NCBI GenBank assembly: GCA_002269645.1 | Contig: NIVC01002030.1 | Coordinates: 223,389 to 287,388 of the forward strand | DNA length: 64,000 nt | Direction: 5' to 3' | From: Macrostomum lignano | Taxonomy: Eukaryota | Part shown: positions 25,579 to 40,599 of the stretch, in pieces | Layout of the letters: each line of letters opens with the position of its first letter | Numbering within the stretch: position 1 is the stretch's first letter | The notes under the pieces: generated by a model | Database searches by the model: none | Told to the model about the DNA's origin: nothing | The model's input: the letters and a program-made list of their open reading frames with translations, nothing else | Position numbers and translations under genes: made by a program

Positions 25579-26911
25579 GTACTGAGAGGTGGCCGCTGCA
25601 GCCGCTGCAGCAGCCGCCGCAGCGGCCGACGCTTGGCCTCGAGCGGCAGCAGCGGCGGTGTCGAAGTTTGGCGGCTTCATGGCTTTGACTTCGACTAGTC
25701 GGCCACAGATGTCGACGTAGTGCAGCTGCACCAGCCGGGCTACCACGCGCTCGTCGTCGAAGGCGACAAAGGCGAAGCCGCGGTGCCGTTGCTTGGTCTG
25801 GTCCAGCATGAGGTTGACGTCCGTCACCCGGCCGAACTGGGAGAAACAGGCGCGCACCTGCGGGTAGGTCAGTTTTAACTGGCTTATTAACAGGCAAGCA
25901 CCAGGGGCGCCAGCACCAGGGGCGCCAGCACCAGGGGCGCCAGCACCAGGGGCGCCAGCACCAGGGGCGCCAGCACCAGGGGCGCCAGCACCAGGGGCGC
26001 CAGCACCAGGGGCGCCAGCACCAGGGGCGCCAGCACCAGGGGCGCCAGCACCAGGGGCGCCAGCACCAGGGGCGCCAGCACCAGGGGCGCCAGCACCAGG
26101 GGCGCCAGCACCAGGGGCGCCAGCACCAGGGGCGCCAGCACCAGGGGCGCCAGCACCAGGGGCGCCAGCACCAGGGGCGCCAGCACCAGGGGCGCCAGCA
26201 CCAGGGGCGCCAGCACCAGGGGCGCCAGCACCAGGGGCGCCAGCACCAGGGGCGCCAGCACCAGGGGCGCCAGCACCAGGGGCGCCAGCACCAGGGGCGC
26301 CAGCACCAGGGGCGCCAGCACCAGGGGCGCCAGCACCAGGGGCGCCAGCACCAGGGGCGCCAGCACCAGGGGCGCCAGCACCAGGGGCGCCAGCACCCCT
26401 CTGCAATCGGGGGAGTCTACGACCCATGTGACAGTGATTTCGCAGAAAATTTGAGTTTGAATGCGCGCCCTACCGTAGCGGAGTCGTGCTCCGGAGCGAT
26501 GCCGCCGACAAAGATCTTAAGACTGCGGCTGCTCTTTCCTTTGACGTTGATGTTGCTCTGCTTCACGTCCACGGCCTTGCCGTCGATCACGTGATCGCTG
26601 GTCTCCAGCACGGCGTCCACTACGGCGGGGTCGCGGAATTTCACAAAGCCGAAACCGCGCGACCGACCAGTCTGGCTGTCCATCATCACCACGGCGTCCT
26701 CCACCTGGCCGTACATGCCGAAGTGGCAGCGCAGGCTGGTCTCGTTAGTCAGCTGACTGAGCCCGCCGATGAAGAGCTTGCCGAACTCGTTTCCAGCCGT
26801 GTCCGTGGCTCCGGCCACCGGCAGGCAGTGCAGCTGCTGACTGGCCGCGCCCGTCGGGTCCTTGTTGCCGCTGCCGCAGCTGTCGTCGTCGCCGTCGACA
26901 GAGGCTAGCAT
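24763..26911 (-). CDS. Two-RRM RNA-binding protein, DAZAP1/Hrp48/Musashi family, 2 exons, about 510 aa
   Basis: Exon 1 26911-26474 (ACG|GTAGGG): RRM1 GKLFIGGL...RSRGFGFVKF, and RRM2 start KIFVGGI. Exon 2 25857-24763 (cccgcag|GTG): KQRHRGFAFVAF...HYVDICGRLVEVK, then a Q/P/A-rich tail. Closest to DAZAP1 by my recollection of the family; orthology not established. Confidence 0.9.
25898..26397. repeat. Perfect 15-bp intronic array gcaccaggggcgcca (about 33 copies)
   Basis: No variant unit seen; lies in the RRM-gene intron. Confidence 0.98.
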
Positions 26912-27399
26912 GTCGCTATTTTTTTCAGATGAAGAACAAGAGTCTGAAAGCCTGCGGAGTTCTTGCAGCGGCAGGAGAGACTCCAGCCGACAGTCAGGGA
27001 GCAGGAGGGGGCAGGGGAATCCTTATAACTGCTAAATCTGCTGCTTCTGCTGCACTTCTCACTTTGTAGCTGGGGTGCTGGCGGGCCACAGAGCTGCAGC
27101 GCTGGATCTGACGCTTTCCCGTGTTGGCAACAGAATCCGAGCCAATACAGAAAGAAAAGTCGAGAGAAGCACCGCGGTTTGTGCCATAGAGGATGAATTT
27201 ATTTGTTTTCTAGTGCGCCAGAATTCCACGACTCAGCTGGCTGCCCGAAAAGCCGCCAAACACGCATGCAGGCGGTACTGCGGCAAAAGTACACGCGGCA
27301 TTCTAGTGTCACTGCCGTGGCATCTCGTAACTGATATCGTATTGCAATAAACTGAGAATCTCATGCCTAGACTGGGGATCTCAATGATATTTTTACTGA

Positions 27400-27880
27400 C
27401 AATCTCATGCCTTAAACCGACAATCTGCCATTAAACTTACTCCAGTCCTTAAACCGACAATCTCAATCCTTGGACCGATAATCTCAATCTTTGAACCGAT
27501 AATCTCAGTCCTTGGACCGATAATATCAAATCTTAAACCGACAATCTCATTCCTTAAACCGACAATCTCTATTCTTAAACCGACAATCCCATTCCTTAAA
27601 CCGACAATCCCATTCCTTAAACCGACAATCTCAATCCTTAAACCGACAATCTCAATCCTTAAACCGACAATTTCAATCATTAAACCGACAATTTCAATCT
27701 TATAACCAACAATCTGTCCTTAAACCGACAATCTCAATCCTTGGACCGACAATCTCAGTCCTTAAACCGACAATCCCAGTCCTTAAATCGACAATCCCAG
27801 TCCTTTAACCGACAATCTCAATCCTGAAACCGACAATCTCATTTCTTAAAAAAGACAATCTCATTCCTTTAACCGAAAAC
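27400..27880. repeat. 21-bp minisatellite ttaaaccgacaatctcaatcc
   Basis: 7-aa periodic spurious ORF (IEIVGLR). Confidence 0.93.
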
Positions 27881-28254
27881 GTCATACCAGAAGCGTATAA
27901 ACTAGCATAACCTTTAATTGTCATTAATTTGTACAACTTTTTTCAAAATAAGCAAGCCAATTAATGCGCAAAGTTCAAGATTTATTGCAATCGCAGCCGA
28001 CTTTTTGAACAGAAATCTGTTGCACAACATGACTCGAACCAATGACCGCAACCTTGCGCAAAGTCAACTGTCTGTCGTAAATTTTATTTTCATTTGAATA
28101 AACATAGAATCTTAATCGGGCTCCAGTAAGCAATGAATGACTGTTCAATGCGTTTGTAGGGCTACTTATTGGGAACAAGCAAGCACGCACAAGACGGATC
28201 TACTATTGAAATTGGGCACCTGAGCATGCGAACACCAATCAGTAAATCTTCACA

Positions 28255-29125
28255 CCCGAATGAGTCCGGGATCTTTACATCAAAGTCCCGAAAAAATCCG
28301 GGATTTTCTCCTGAAAGTCCCGAATAAATCCCGGATCTTCAGGTCAAAGTCCCGAATAAGTCCGGGTTTTTCACATCAAAGTCCCGAATGAGTCCGGGTT
28401 TTTCACATCAAAGTCCCGAATGAGTCCGGGTTTTTCACATCAAAGTCCCGAATGAGTCCGGGTTTTTCACATCAAAGTCCCGAATGAGTCCGGGTTTTTC
28501 ACATCAAAGTCCCGAATGAGTCCGGGTTTTTCACATCAAAGTCCCGAATGAGTCTGGGATCTTCACATCAAAGTCCCGAATGAGTCCGGGTTTTTCACAT
28601 CAAAGTCCCGAATGAGTCTGGGATCTTCACATCAAAGTCCCGAATGAGTCCGGGTTTTTCACATCAAAGTCCGAATGAGTTCGGGTTTTTCACATCAAAG
28701 TCCCGAATGAGTCCGGGTTTTTCACATCAAAGTCCCGAATGAGTCTGGGATCTTCACATCAAAGTCCCGAATGAGTCCGGGTTTTTCACATCAAAGTCCC
28801 GAATGAGTCCGGGTTTTTCACATCAAAGTCCCGAATGAGTTTGGGATCTTCACATCAAAGTCCCGAATGAGTTTGGGATCTTCACATCAAAGTCCCGAAT
28901 GAGTCCGGGTTTTTCACATCAAAGTCCCGAATGAGTCCGGGTTTTTCACATCAAAGTCCCGAATGAGTCCGGGTTTTTCACATCAAAGTCCCGAATGAGT
29001 CCGGGTTTTTCACATCAAAGTCCCGAATGAGTCCGGGTTTTTCACATCAAAGTCCCGAATTAGTCCGGGGTTTTCACATCAAAGTCCCGAATTAGTCCGG
29101 GGTTTTCACATCAAAGTCCCGAATG
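28255..29125. repeat. 32-bp minisatellite cacatcaaagtcccgaatgagtccgggttttt
   Basis: Tandem copies visible directly. Confidence 0.97.
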
Positions 29126-29293
29126 TTTACACGAAAATCCTATTTAAAGAATACAGAGTTCAGTCAACGAGTGCCCTAAGTTAAAATGAAACAGAAAAGC
29201 ACAAAAAACTCGCAACAAGCCTACTATCAGTAGGCGCAGTACATTCGACAGAAAAAAAGATTAAAAAAAAATCAAAAATTAATTTTTCTAGAA

Positions 29294-29770
29294 TCATCGC
29301 TTCTTTTTTTGCTTCTTCTTCTCCTGGGATGATTGGCCGCCGCCGCCTCCGCCGGAAGCTCCTCCACCTCCACCGGAAGCGCCGCCACCGCCGCCGGAAG
29401 CACCCTGGCGAGTTTTCAATTTCGGTATCTGAGCGGCCACGTAGTTAAACACGGCCATTCGATTAGGAAAATTGTCCGGATGCCGCAACGAGCCGTCCTC
29501 ATTTTTCAGCTGGATTCGAACCCGGCCGCGCAGATTCTTGTCATAGATGTCGCGCTCTCTAGGGTGGATTTTGTTCTCAACGCCCAGGGTCATGCCGGCG
29601 GCGGCGCACACGTCACGAATCTCCTCGGCGCGAGGATTGTCGACAGCCAGGCTGTAGGACACTTTGCGGCCGCGAGCTCGCGACCACGCCCTGTTGATGT
29701 AGCAGGGGTAGAAGCAGATCCACTTCTCCCGGTCAGCGTGGGAGAATTCCGGGTTGAATGGGCGAGCCAT
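29294..29770 (-). CDS. SRP19: Signal recognition particle 19 kDa protein
   Basis: Single-exon 158-aa ORF: WICFYPCYIN...GRKV...AVDNPRAEEIRDVC...ENKIHPRE...RGRVRIQLKNEDG, then a Gly-rich linker and C-terminal KKKQKKKR. Confidence 0.96.
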   Translation of the reverse strand: MARPFNPEFSHADREKWICFYPCYINRAWSRARGRKVSYSLAVDNPRAEEIRDVCAAAGMTLGVENKIHPRERDIYDKNLRGRVRIQLKNEDGSLRHPDNFPNRMAVFNYVAAQIPKLKTRQGASGGGGGASGGGGGASGGGGGGQSSQEKKKQKKKR

Positions 29771-29819
29771 GCAGCAGAATTATGAGATTTGGGAGATTAA
29801 TTACATGCTTAACCTGCGA

Positions 29820-30310
29820 CTGTGTACCTGTGTACACCCCAATATCGATTAGATATCTACCTGTGTACACCCCAATATTGATTAGATATCTACCTGTGTA
29901 CACCCCAATATTGATTAGATATCTACCTGTGTACACCCCAATATTGATTAGATATCTACCTGTGTACACCCCAATATCGATTAGATATGATCCACCTGTG
30001 TACACCCCAGTATCGATTAGATTTCTACTTGTGCACACTCCAATATTGATTAGATATCTACCTGTGTACACCCCAATATCGATTAGATATGATCCACCTG
30101 TGTACACCCCAGTATCGATTAGATTTCTACTTGTGCACACTCCAATATTGATTAGATATCTACCTGTGGACACCCCAGTATCGATTAGATATCTACTTGT
30201 GCACACTCCAATATTGATTAGATATCTACCTGTGTACACCCCAATATAAATTAGATATCATCTACTTGTGTACACCCCAATATCAGTTAGATATCTACCT
30301 TTGTGCACCT
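29820..30310. repeat. 33-bp minisatellite acctgtgtacaccccaatattgattagatatct
   Basis: 11-aa periodic spurious ORFs. Confidence 0.95.
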
Positions 30311-30884
30311 CAACATTAATTATAAACTATATTGCACTAATGTAATAAAGTGCAGACACGTCAAGTTGAAATGAAACGCATAAGAAGCCTTTTAAAAGAA
30401 CTTCAAAACAATTTATTTAAACTTCAAATGAAATATTGTAAAGAGAAATTATTAAAAAAACAATTAGGAAAACAAAGAAAAATCTACATAATTGGATAAA
30501 AGTACAACAGGTTAAAAATTCGCATATATCCAGTAAATATACATGGAATATAAAATACCTGGGTGAGATTTTAAAATTTTAAATAAGTAACAAAACAATA
30601 AAAACAGTGCGAAATAACAAAGGAATCTTTGCAACAGTCACCAGAGTCATAAATGTATTTATATTTATACATGTATACTGAAGACGTATATTTATTATAC
30701 GAGTACGTAATTGCACAAAGATGAATAGAGAATGAATGAACAAGATAGCATACGGTGTGTAACAATATACTACTGACAGGAAACTTTTGTACAGTAGCTG
30801 ATAACAGATATGACAACAAATTAATTTTGATATACATTTCCTTAATACACATAAAATTGTGGCCTCTGTTGGGCATTGACGCGC

Positions 30885-31250
30885 CAAAAGACAAAATGAG
30901 GCGTCAAAGGAGGCAGTAATGCGCCAAGGGATGAAATGAGGCGCCAAGGGGGCCAATGAGGCGCCAAATGATGAAGTGAGGCGTCAAGTGAGGCAATGAG
31001 GCAACAAGGGGGAGCAGTGAGACGCCAAGAGGCAGTGTTGTGCCAAGGGGGGCAATGAGGCGCCGAAGGATGAAATGAGGCGCCAGGGGGGCAATGAGGC
31101 GCCGAAGGATGAAATAAGACGCCAAAAGGGGGGCAGTGAGGCGCCGAAGGATGAAGTGAGACGCCAAAAGGGGGGCAATGAGGCGCTGAAGGATGAAATG
31201 AAACGCCAAGGGGGGCAGTGAGACGCCAAGAGGCAGTGAGGCGCCAAGTT
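30885..31250. repeat. Degenerate gaggcgcc(a/g)a-containing array
   Basis: Recurring aatgaggcgcc/gtgagacgcc words. Confidence 0.8.
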
Positions 31251-31331
31251 AGGCAAGAATAGATTAACTAGACACCACAATTGAAGCCCAACAAGCCAGT
31301 CAAGCCGTGACGGCATCGCCAATTTCAGCAG

Positions 31332-34248
<2,917 letters not shown>

Positions 34249-34339
34249 TGGATAGAGTCAGCTGATGGAGCTGGGGCGGCACTTCAAGAGTTGAGCATGC
34301 ATGAAAAATATGCTGCATTGCTTAGGTATGAATCCATCA

Positions 34340-35370
34340 AAAGGTCAACAATATGAGGCTAATTCTGACAGGTCAACAATATGAGGCTAATTCTGACAGG
34401 TCAACAATATGATGCTAATTCTGACAGGTCAACAATATGAGGCTAATTCTGACAGGTCAACAATATGAGGCTAATTCTGACAGGTCAACAATATGAGGCT
34501 AATTCTGACAGGTCAACAATATGAGGCTAATTCTGACAGGTCAACAATATGATGCTAATTCTGACAGGTCAACAATATGAGGCTAATTCTGACAGGTCAA
34601 CAATATGAGGCTAATTCTGACAGGTCAACAATATGATGCTAATTCTGACAGGTCAACAATATGATGCTAATTCTGACAGGTCAACAATATGAGGCTAATT
34701 CTGACAGGTCAACAATATGATGCTAATTCTGACAGGTCAACAATATGATGCTAATTCTGACAGGTCAACAATATGAGGCTAATTCTGACAGGTCAACAAT
34801 ATGAGGCTAATTCTGACAGGTCAACAATATGATGCTAATTCTGACAGGTCAACAATATGAGGCTAATTCTGACAGGTCAAAAATATGAGGCTAATTCTGA
34901 CAGGTCAACAATATGAGGCTAATTCTGACAGGTCAACAATATGAGGCTAATTCTGACAGGTCAACAATATGAGGCTAATTCTGACAGGTCAACAATATGA
35001 TGCTAATTCTGACAGGTCAACAATATGATGCTAATTCTGACAGGTCAACAATATGAGGCTAATTCTGACAGGTCAACAATATGAGGCTAATTCTGACAGG
35101 TCAACAATATGAGGCTAATTCTGACAGGTCAACAATATGATGCTAATTCTGACAGGTCAACAATATGATGCTAATTCTGACAGGTCAACAATATGATGCT
35201 AATTCTGACAGGTCAACAATATGAGGCTAATTCTGACAGGTCAACAATATGATGCTAATTCTGACAGGTCAACAATATGATGCTAATTCTGACAGGTCAA
35301 CAATATGATGCTAATTCTGACAGGTCAACAATATGAGGCTAATTCTGACAGGTCAACATGAGGCTAATTC
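34340..35370. repeat. 28-bp minisatellite tcaacaatatga(g/t)gctaattctgacagg
   Basis: Near-perfect array between SIL1 and LIX1. Confidence 0.98.
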
Positions 35371-35932
35371 AAGATCAACGGCAATAATTTCCTGATAGCA
35401 AGAAAAAATAGTAAAACAGCAAGCCAAAAAGCCTTTGGAGCTGCAAGCCTGAACTGGCCTGCATTCAATTTGTGCACTTCATTAATGTACTTTGGCTTGA
35501 CAACTGGATAAGTAAATAATTAAAAGCAGAAGACAAAACTGAATAGAAAATAATAAAGGCTTTTAATTTTTTCATAACACCATACTTTTCAGCAAAACAA
35601 CAAACAAACCTACTTAAAGTAATAGAAAAGCAAACTAAAAAATGACCGACTTTATCAAAAAGTCCAACCACAGCGCAGCATATTATTTTGCAGAAATTCT
35701 TTGTAGAACAGTGTAGAATAAAACTTCATATTGCCAATTTTTTTTCATTTTTGAAAGCTGATAAATTTAGTGGAAAGTACAGGTCTACAAGAACTATAAG
35801 GAGTATGTTCTAAACTTCACTACCTCAAAACTTCCACTTTCTGACTCAACCCTGGTTTGGTTTTCCCTGCAGCAGACATTATAAATCATATTATGGGCGT
35901 AGCAACAGATCGCGCTGACTCATAGCCCAGCA

Positions 35933-38900
35933 TCAGAGCTCAGATCTGACCGATGCGCCCCCAGCCTCAGCCAAGCGCTGTTTGAGCAGCCCCACCCGCT
36001 GCCGCATCTGCTCAAAGTAGCCGGCAGCTCCCTCTTCTTCCAGCTCCTCCTTAGCCAGCCGCTCGTACCGGCCGACCAATTCATCCAACGCCGCAATTGT
36101 CGATTGAGCACCGTCGTTAGACGCGAACTCGCGACCGCACACATCAAATAGATTCGACATGGCAGTTACAGTTTTCTCAACAGCGTCGTGATCTTGAAAG
36201 TTTAACAGGCGTGTTATGGAGCTGCACCAGCCAGTCTCAGCTATGGCCTTAGCAACCGAGACTTGTTGATACTGACGATGCCGCTCGGAGGCAGCCGCGG
36301 AGCTGGCGCCGCCTGCGGATGCCGCGTGAGCCTCCGCCTCGGCGGCCTCCAGCGCCATGTCCGACAGCAGGGTGACGATCCGCAGCACGCGGGCTCGGTC
36401 GGTGTCCCGGGAATCGAAGGCCGAACGGAGCGCGGCCAGGCCGCCAGACTTGAGCAAGACAGTCTGGGAGCAGAGGGTGCGACAGCGAGAGCGGCTTTGT
36501 AAATCTCGAGCTTTTATATTTCCAGAATCCACCGTTAGAGTCCTTAAAATCTCACCCAGCATATAAGAATCCTCACAATCTCACCCCAGATATTGGACCC
36601 TCTGAAAATCTCACCCCAGATATTAGAATCCTCAAAATCTCACTCTAGATATTAGAATACTTAAAATCTCACCGCAGATATTCGATTCCACAAAATTTCA
36701 CCCTAGATGTTAGAATTGTCAATATCTCTCCAGATTTTAGACTGCTCAAAATCTTACTCCAGATATTAGAATCCTCAAAATCTCACCCCTGATATTAAAA
36801 TCCTCAAAATTTCATCCCAAATATTAGAATCCTCAAAATCTCACCCCAGACATTAGAATCCTCAAAATCTCACCCCTGATATTAAAATCCTCAAAATTTC
36901 ATCCCAAATATTAGAATCCTTAAAATCTCACCCCAGATATTAGACTCTTAAAAATCTCAACCCAGATATTAGTTAGACTCCTAAAAATCTCAACCCAGAT
37001 ATTAGTTAGACTCCTAAAAATCTCACCCCACACATTAGAGACTTCTCAAAATCTCAGCCGAGATATTAGAATCCTCAAAATCTCTGTCCAGATATTAGAA
37101 TTCTTAAAATCTCATCCTAGATATTAGAATCCTCAAAATCTCACCCCAGATATTCGAATCCTCAAATTCTCACCCCACAAATTAAAATTCGCAAAATTTG
37201 ACCCCAGATTTTAGAATCCTCAAAATCTCACCCCAGCTGTTAACAGCGTCTCAAAATCTCACCCTAGATATTAGAAGCGTCTTAAAATCTCACCTTAGAT
37301 ACCAAGAGCGGTCTTCAAAGCTCAATGCCTACACTAGAAGCGTATTAAAGTCTAAGAAGTCCCTTAAAACCTCATATAAAAGACAACACTGCAATTATAG
37401 CCAACTAACCTGAGCCAGGGGGAAATTTCTGCACAGGCTGGCCAAAGCAAGCACGCTGGCCGATCGAGTCTGCTGCTCCAGACCGCTGCCAGCCAGCATC
37501 GCCCGCAGCAGCACCGGAAGGAAACCGGCTTTGATGGCGGCCACCTGTGGAGCAATTGTTATTGTTATTGTTGTTGTTGGTGAAAGCAAAAGTGAATTGC
37601 CTGCAAACTGTTATGCTTAATGCTTCCTAAATGATCAGATTATAACCCTAAATGATCAGATTATAACCCTAAATGCTCAGATTATAACCCTATGACCAGA
37701 TGTAACCCTAAATGACCAGATGTAACCCTAGATGACCAGATGTAACCCTAGATGACCAGATGTAACCCTAAATGACCAGATGTAACCCTATGACCAGATG
37801 TAACCCTAAATGATCAGATGTAACCCTAAATGATCAGATTATAACCCTAAATGCTCAGATTATAACCCTATGACCAGATGTAACCCTAAATGACCAGATG
37901 TAACCCTATGACCAGATGTAACCCTAAATGACCAGATGTAACCCTATGACCAGATGTAACCCTAAATGACCAGATGTAACCCTAAATGACCAGATGTAAC
38001 CCTAAATGACCAGATGTAACCCTAAATGACCAGATGTAACCCTAAATGATCAGAATATAACCCTATGATCAGATGCAATTCAAAGGATCAAATTAAAACC
38101 TCATGAGCAGATAGAACTCATTCAATATAAAATATACTGAGTAAGTTAAAATCAGAAAGGCATTGAAATACCACCACCAACCTGCACAGGGGCGTTGCCT
38201 TGGCAACAAGCGGCCAGAACTCGCAGGGCGGCAGCGGCGGATTCATTATCAACCGACTCTGATCCGTTACTAAAAGTGCCATTAATCTGGCTCATTAGCA
38301 ATTCTAATCCGCCGAGCTGTACAAAATTTTGCGCATTATCAATCTGCCGAAGGTGATACTCAAACTCGGACAGTATTCGAATTCGATTAGCCCGATCTGC
38401 CGTTGATCTGCGCCATTCGGCCAGCAGCTCCTTGATCACCTCCAGGTCCGTCTTGATGCCAGCGTTGATCTTGGCGAAGTCAGACTGAGAATTGGTTATA
38501 AAAGTACATTGGGTTTGCTTTCTGTTGTGTCTACACGGTACTCAGGCACTTCAGCTGGCTATCCTATTCCCTTCAGGCACTTCAGCTGGCTATCCTATTC
38601 CCTTCAGGCACTGCAGCTGGCTATCCCATTCCCCTCAGGCACTTCAGCTGGGAGCTGGCTATCCCATTCCCTTCAGGCACTGCAGCTGGCTATCCTATTC
38701 CCCTCAGGTACTTCAGCCGGCTATCTTATTCCCCTCAGGCACTCCAGCTGGGAGCTGGCTATCCCATTCCCCTCAGGCACTGCAGCTGGGAGCTGGCTAT
38801 CCCATTCCCCTCAGGCACTTCAGCTGGGAGCTGGCTATCCCATTCTCCTCAGGCACTTCAGCTGGGAGCTGGCTATCCCATTCCCCTCAGGCACTGCAGC

Positions 38901-40599
38901 TGGCTATCCTATTCCCCTCAGGCACTTCAGCTGGCTATCCCATTCCCCTCAGGCACTGCAGCTGGCTATCTTATTCCCCTCAGGCACTGCAGCTGGCTAT
39001 CCCATTCCCCTCAGGCACTTTAGCTGGCTATCCCATTCCCCTCAGGCACTGCAGCTGGGAGCTGGCTATCCCATTCCCCTCAGGCACTTCAGCTGGGAGC
39101 TGGCTATCCCATTCCCCTCAGGCACTTCAGCTGGCTATCCCATTCCCCTCAGGCACTGCAGCTGGGAGCTGGCTATCCCATTCCCCTCAGGCACTTCAGC
39201 TGGCTATCCCATTCCCCTCAGGCACTGCAGCTGGCTATCCCATTCCCCTCAGGCACTTTAGCTGGCTATCCCATTCCCCTCAGGCACTTCAGCTGGCTAT
39301 CCCATTCCCCTCAGGCACTGCAGCTGGCTATCCTATTCCCCTCAGGCACTTCAGCTGGCTATCCCATTCCCCTCAGGCACTGCAGCTGGCTATCTTATTC
39401 CCCTCAGGCACTGCAGCTGGCTATCCCATTCCCCTCAGGCACTTTAGCTGGCTATCCCATTCCCCTCAGGCACTGCAGCTGGGAGCTGGCTATCCCATTC
39501 CCTCAGGCACTTCAGCTGGGAGCTGGCTATCCCATTCCCCTCAGGCACTTCAGCTGGCTATCCCATTCCCCTCAGGCACTGCAGCTGGGAGCTGGCTATC
39601 CCATTCCCCTCAGGCACTTCAGCTGGCTATCCCATTCCCCTCAGGCACTGCAGCTGGCTATCCCATTCCCCTCAGGCACTTTAGCTGGCTATCCCATTCC
39701 CCTCAGGCACTTCAGCTGGCTATCCCATTCCCCTCAGGCACTGCAGCTGGCTATCCCATTCCCCTCAGGCACTTTAGCTGGCTATCCCATTCCCCTCAGG
39801 CACTTCAGCTGGCTATCCTATTCCCCTCAGGCACTTCAGCTGGCTATCCCATTCCCCTCAGGCACTTCAGCTGGCTATCCCATTCCCCTCAGGCACTTCA
39901 GCTGGCTATCCCATTCCCCTCAGGCACTTCAGCTGGCTATCCCATTCCCCTCAGGCACTTCAGCTGAGAGTCGCATAAAAAGAACTATTAACACATCATT
40001 AGTTATTCACCAGCCGAACTAACCTTCAAATCTTCATAGCTACGAAACTGTTGAACAATGGACTCTCCATCTTGATCGCCAGTCTGACCAGATGCCAAAT
40101 TTTCAGCTTTAATCTTTTTCAAAGCCTCCTTCATTCGTCTACTGCTCAGAGCTTCGCGCAAGGCTTGGCCAGACAGTCCGCCAATATTATTGTTTTTCTC
40201 TTCTTTAGCAGCATCCTCATCGCCAGTACTAGGATCCTTGTTGTCATTAGCAACCAGGGCTGGTAGATTAGATGCGCTAGCCGGATTATCATTGGCATTA
40301 GAGGGAGGCATTAGCCTGGCCTCGGTGTGCCCAGTCTGAATATTCATGCGCACATGAAGGCCAGGTGGAATCCGCTGACCGGGCTGCACTACCTGCCAAT
40401 CCTCTGTGGCAACAAAATCGCTGCCAACACTTTCTGGCGTTGATTTTGTATCTATGGCAACCGAGTGCCGTTTGCAATGAACACTAACTGGTACTTGTAA
40501 TAAGCATACAATAGTTGCTAGGGCTAATAACAGAATAACTGCCTGCTTAGCAACTACCAAATGGCGGCTACTGGTGGCAGAAGAGAATAGAATTAACAT
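35933..40599 (-). CDS. SIL1: Nucleotide exchange factor SIL1 (BiP co-chaperone), 4 exons, about 514 aa
   Basis: Exons 40599-40024, 38484-38182, 37544-37410, 36463-35933, all phase 0 with GT-AG. Hydrophobic signal peptide; FVATEDWQVVQPGQRIPPGLHVRMNIQTG; EYHLRQIDNAQNFVQLGGL; ACCQGNAPVQ; C-terminal KDEL-like RSEL. Confidence 0.95.
36560..37300. repeat. 29-bp degenerate minisatellite ttagaatcctcaaaatctcaccccagata in SIL1 intron 3
   Basis: Tandem copies visible directly. Confidence 0.92.
37625..38065. repeat. 19-21-bp minisatellite taaccctaaatgaccagatg in SIL1 intron 2
   Basis: Every unit carries TAACCCTA. Confidence 0.95.
38520..39965. repeat. 31/38-bp minisatellite ggctatcccattcccctcaggcacttcagct(gggagct) in SIL1 intron 1
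   Basis: Two unit lengths interspersed; source of long spurious plus-strand ORFs. Confidence 0.98.

Noticed and set aside
24763-26427. 554-aa ORF taken as the gene model
   Set aside because: Its N-terminus is the intronic GAPGA array; canonical splice sites join RRM1 (26911-26474) to 25857 instead.
38492-39967. 491-aa and 250-aa plus-strand ORFs
   Set aside because: Translations of the 31/38-bp array, antisense within SIL1 intron 1; no domain content.
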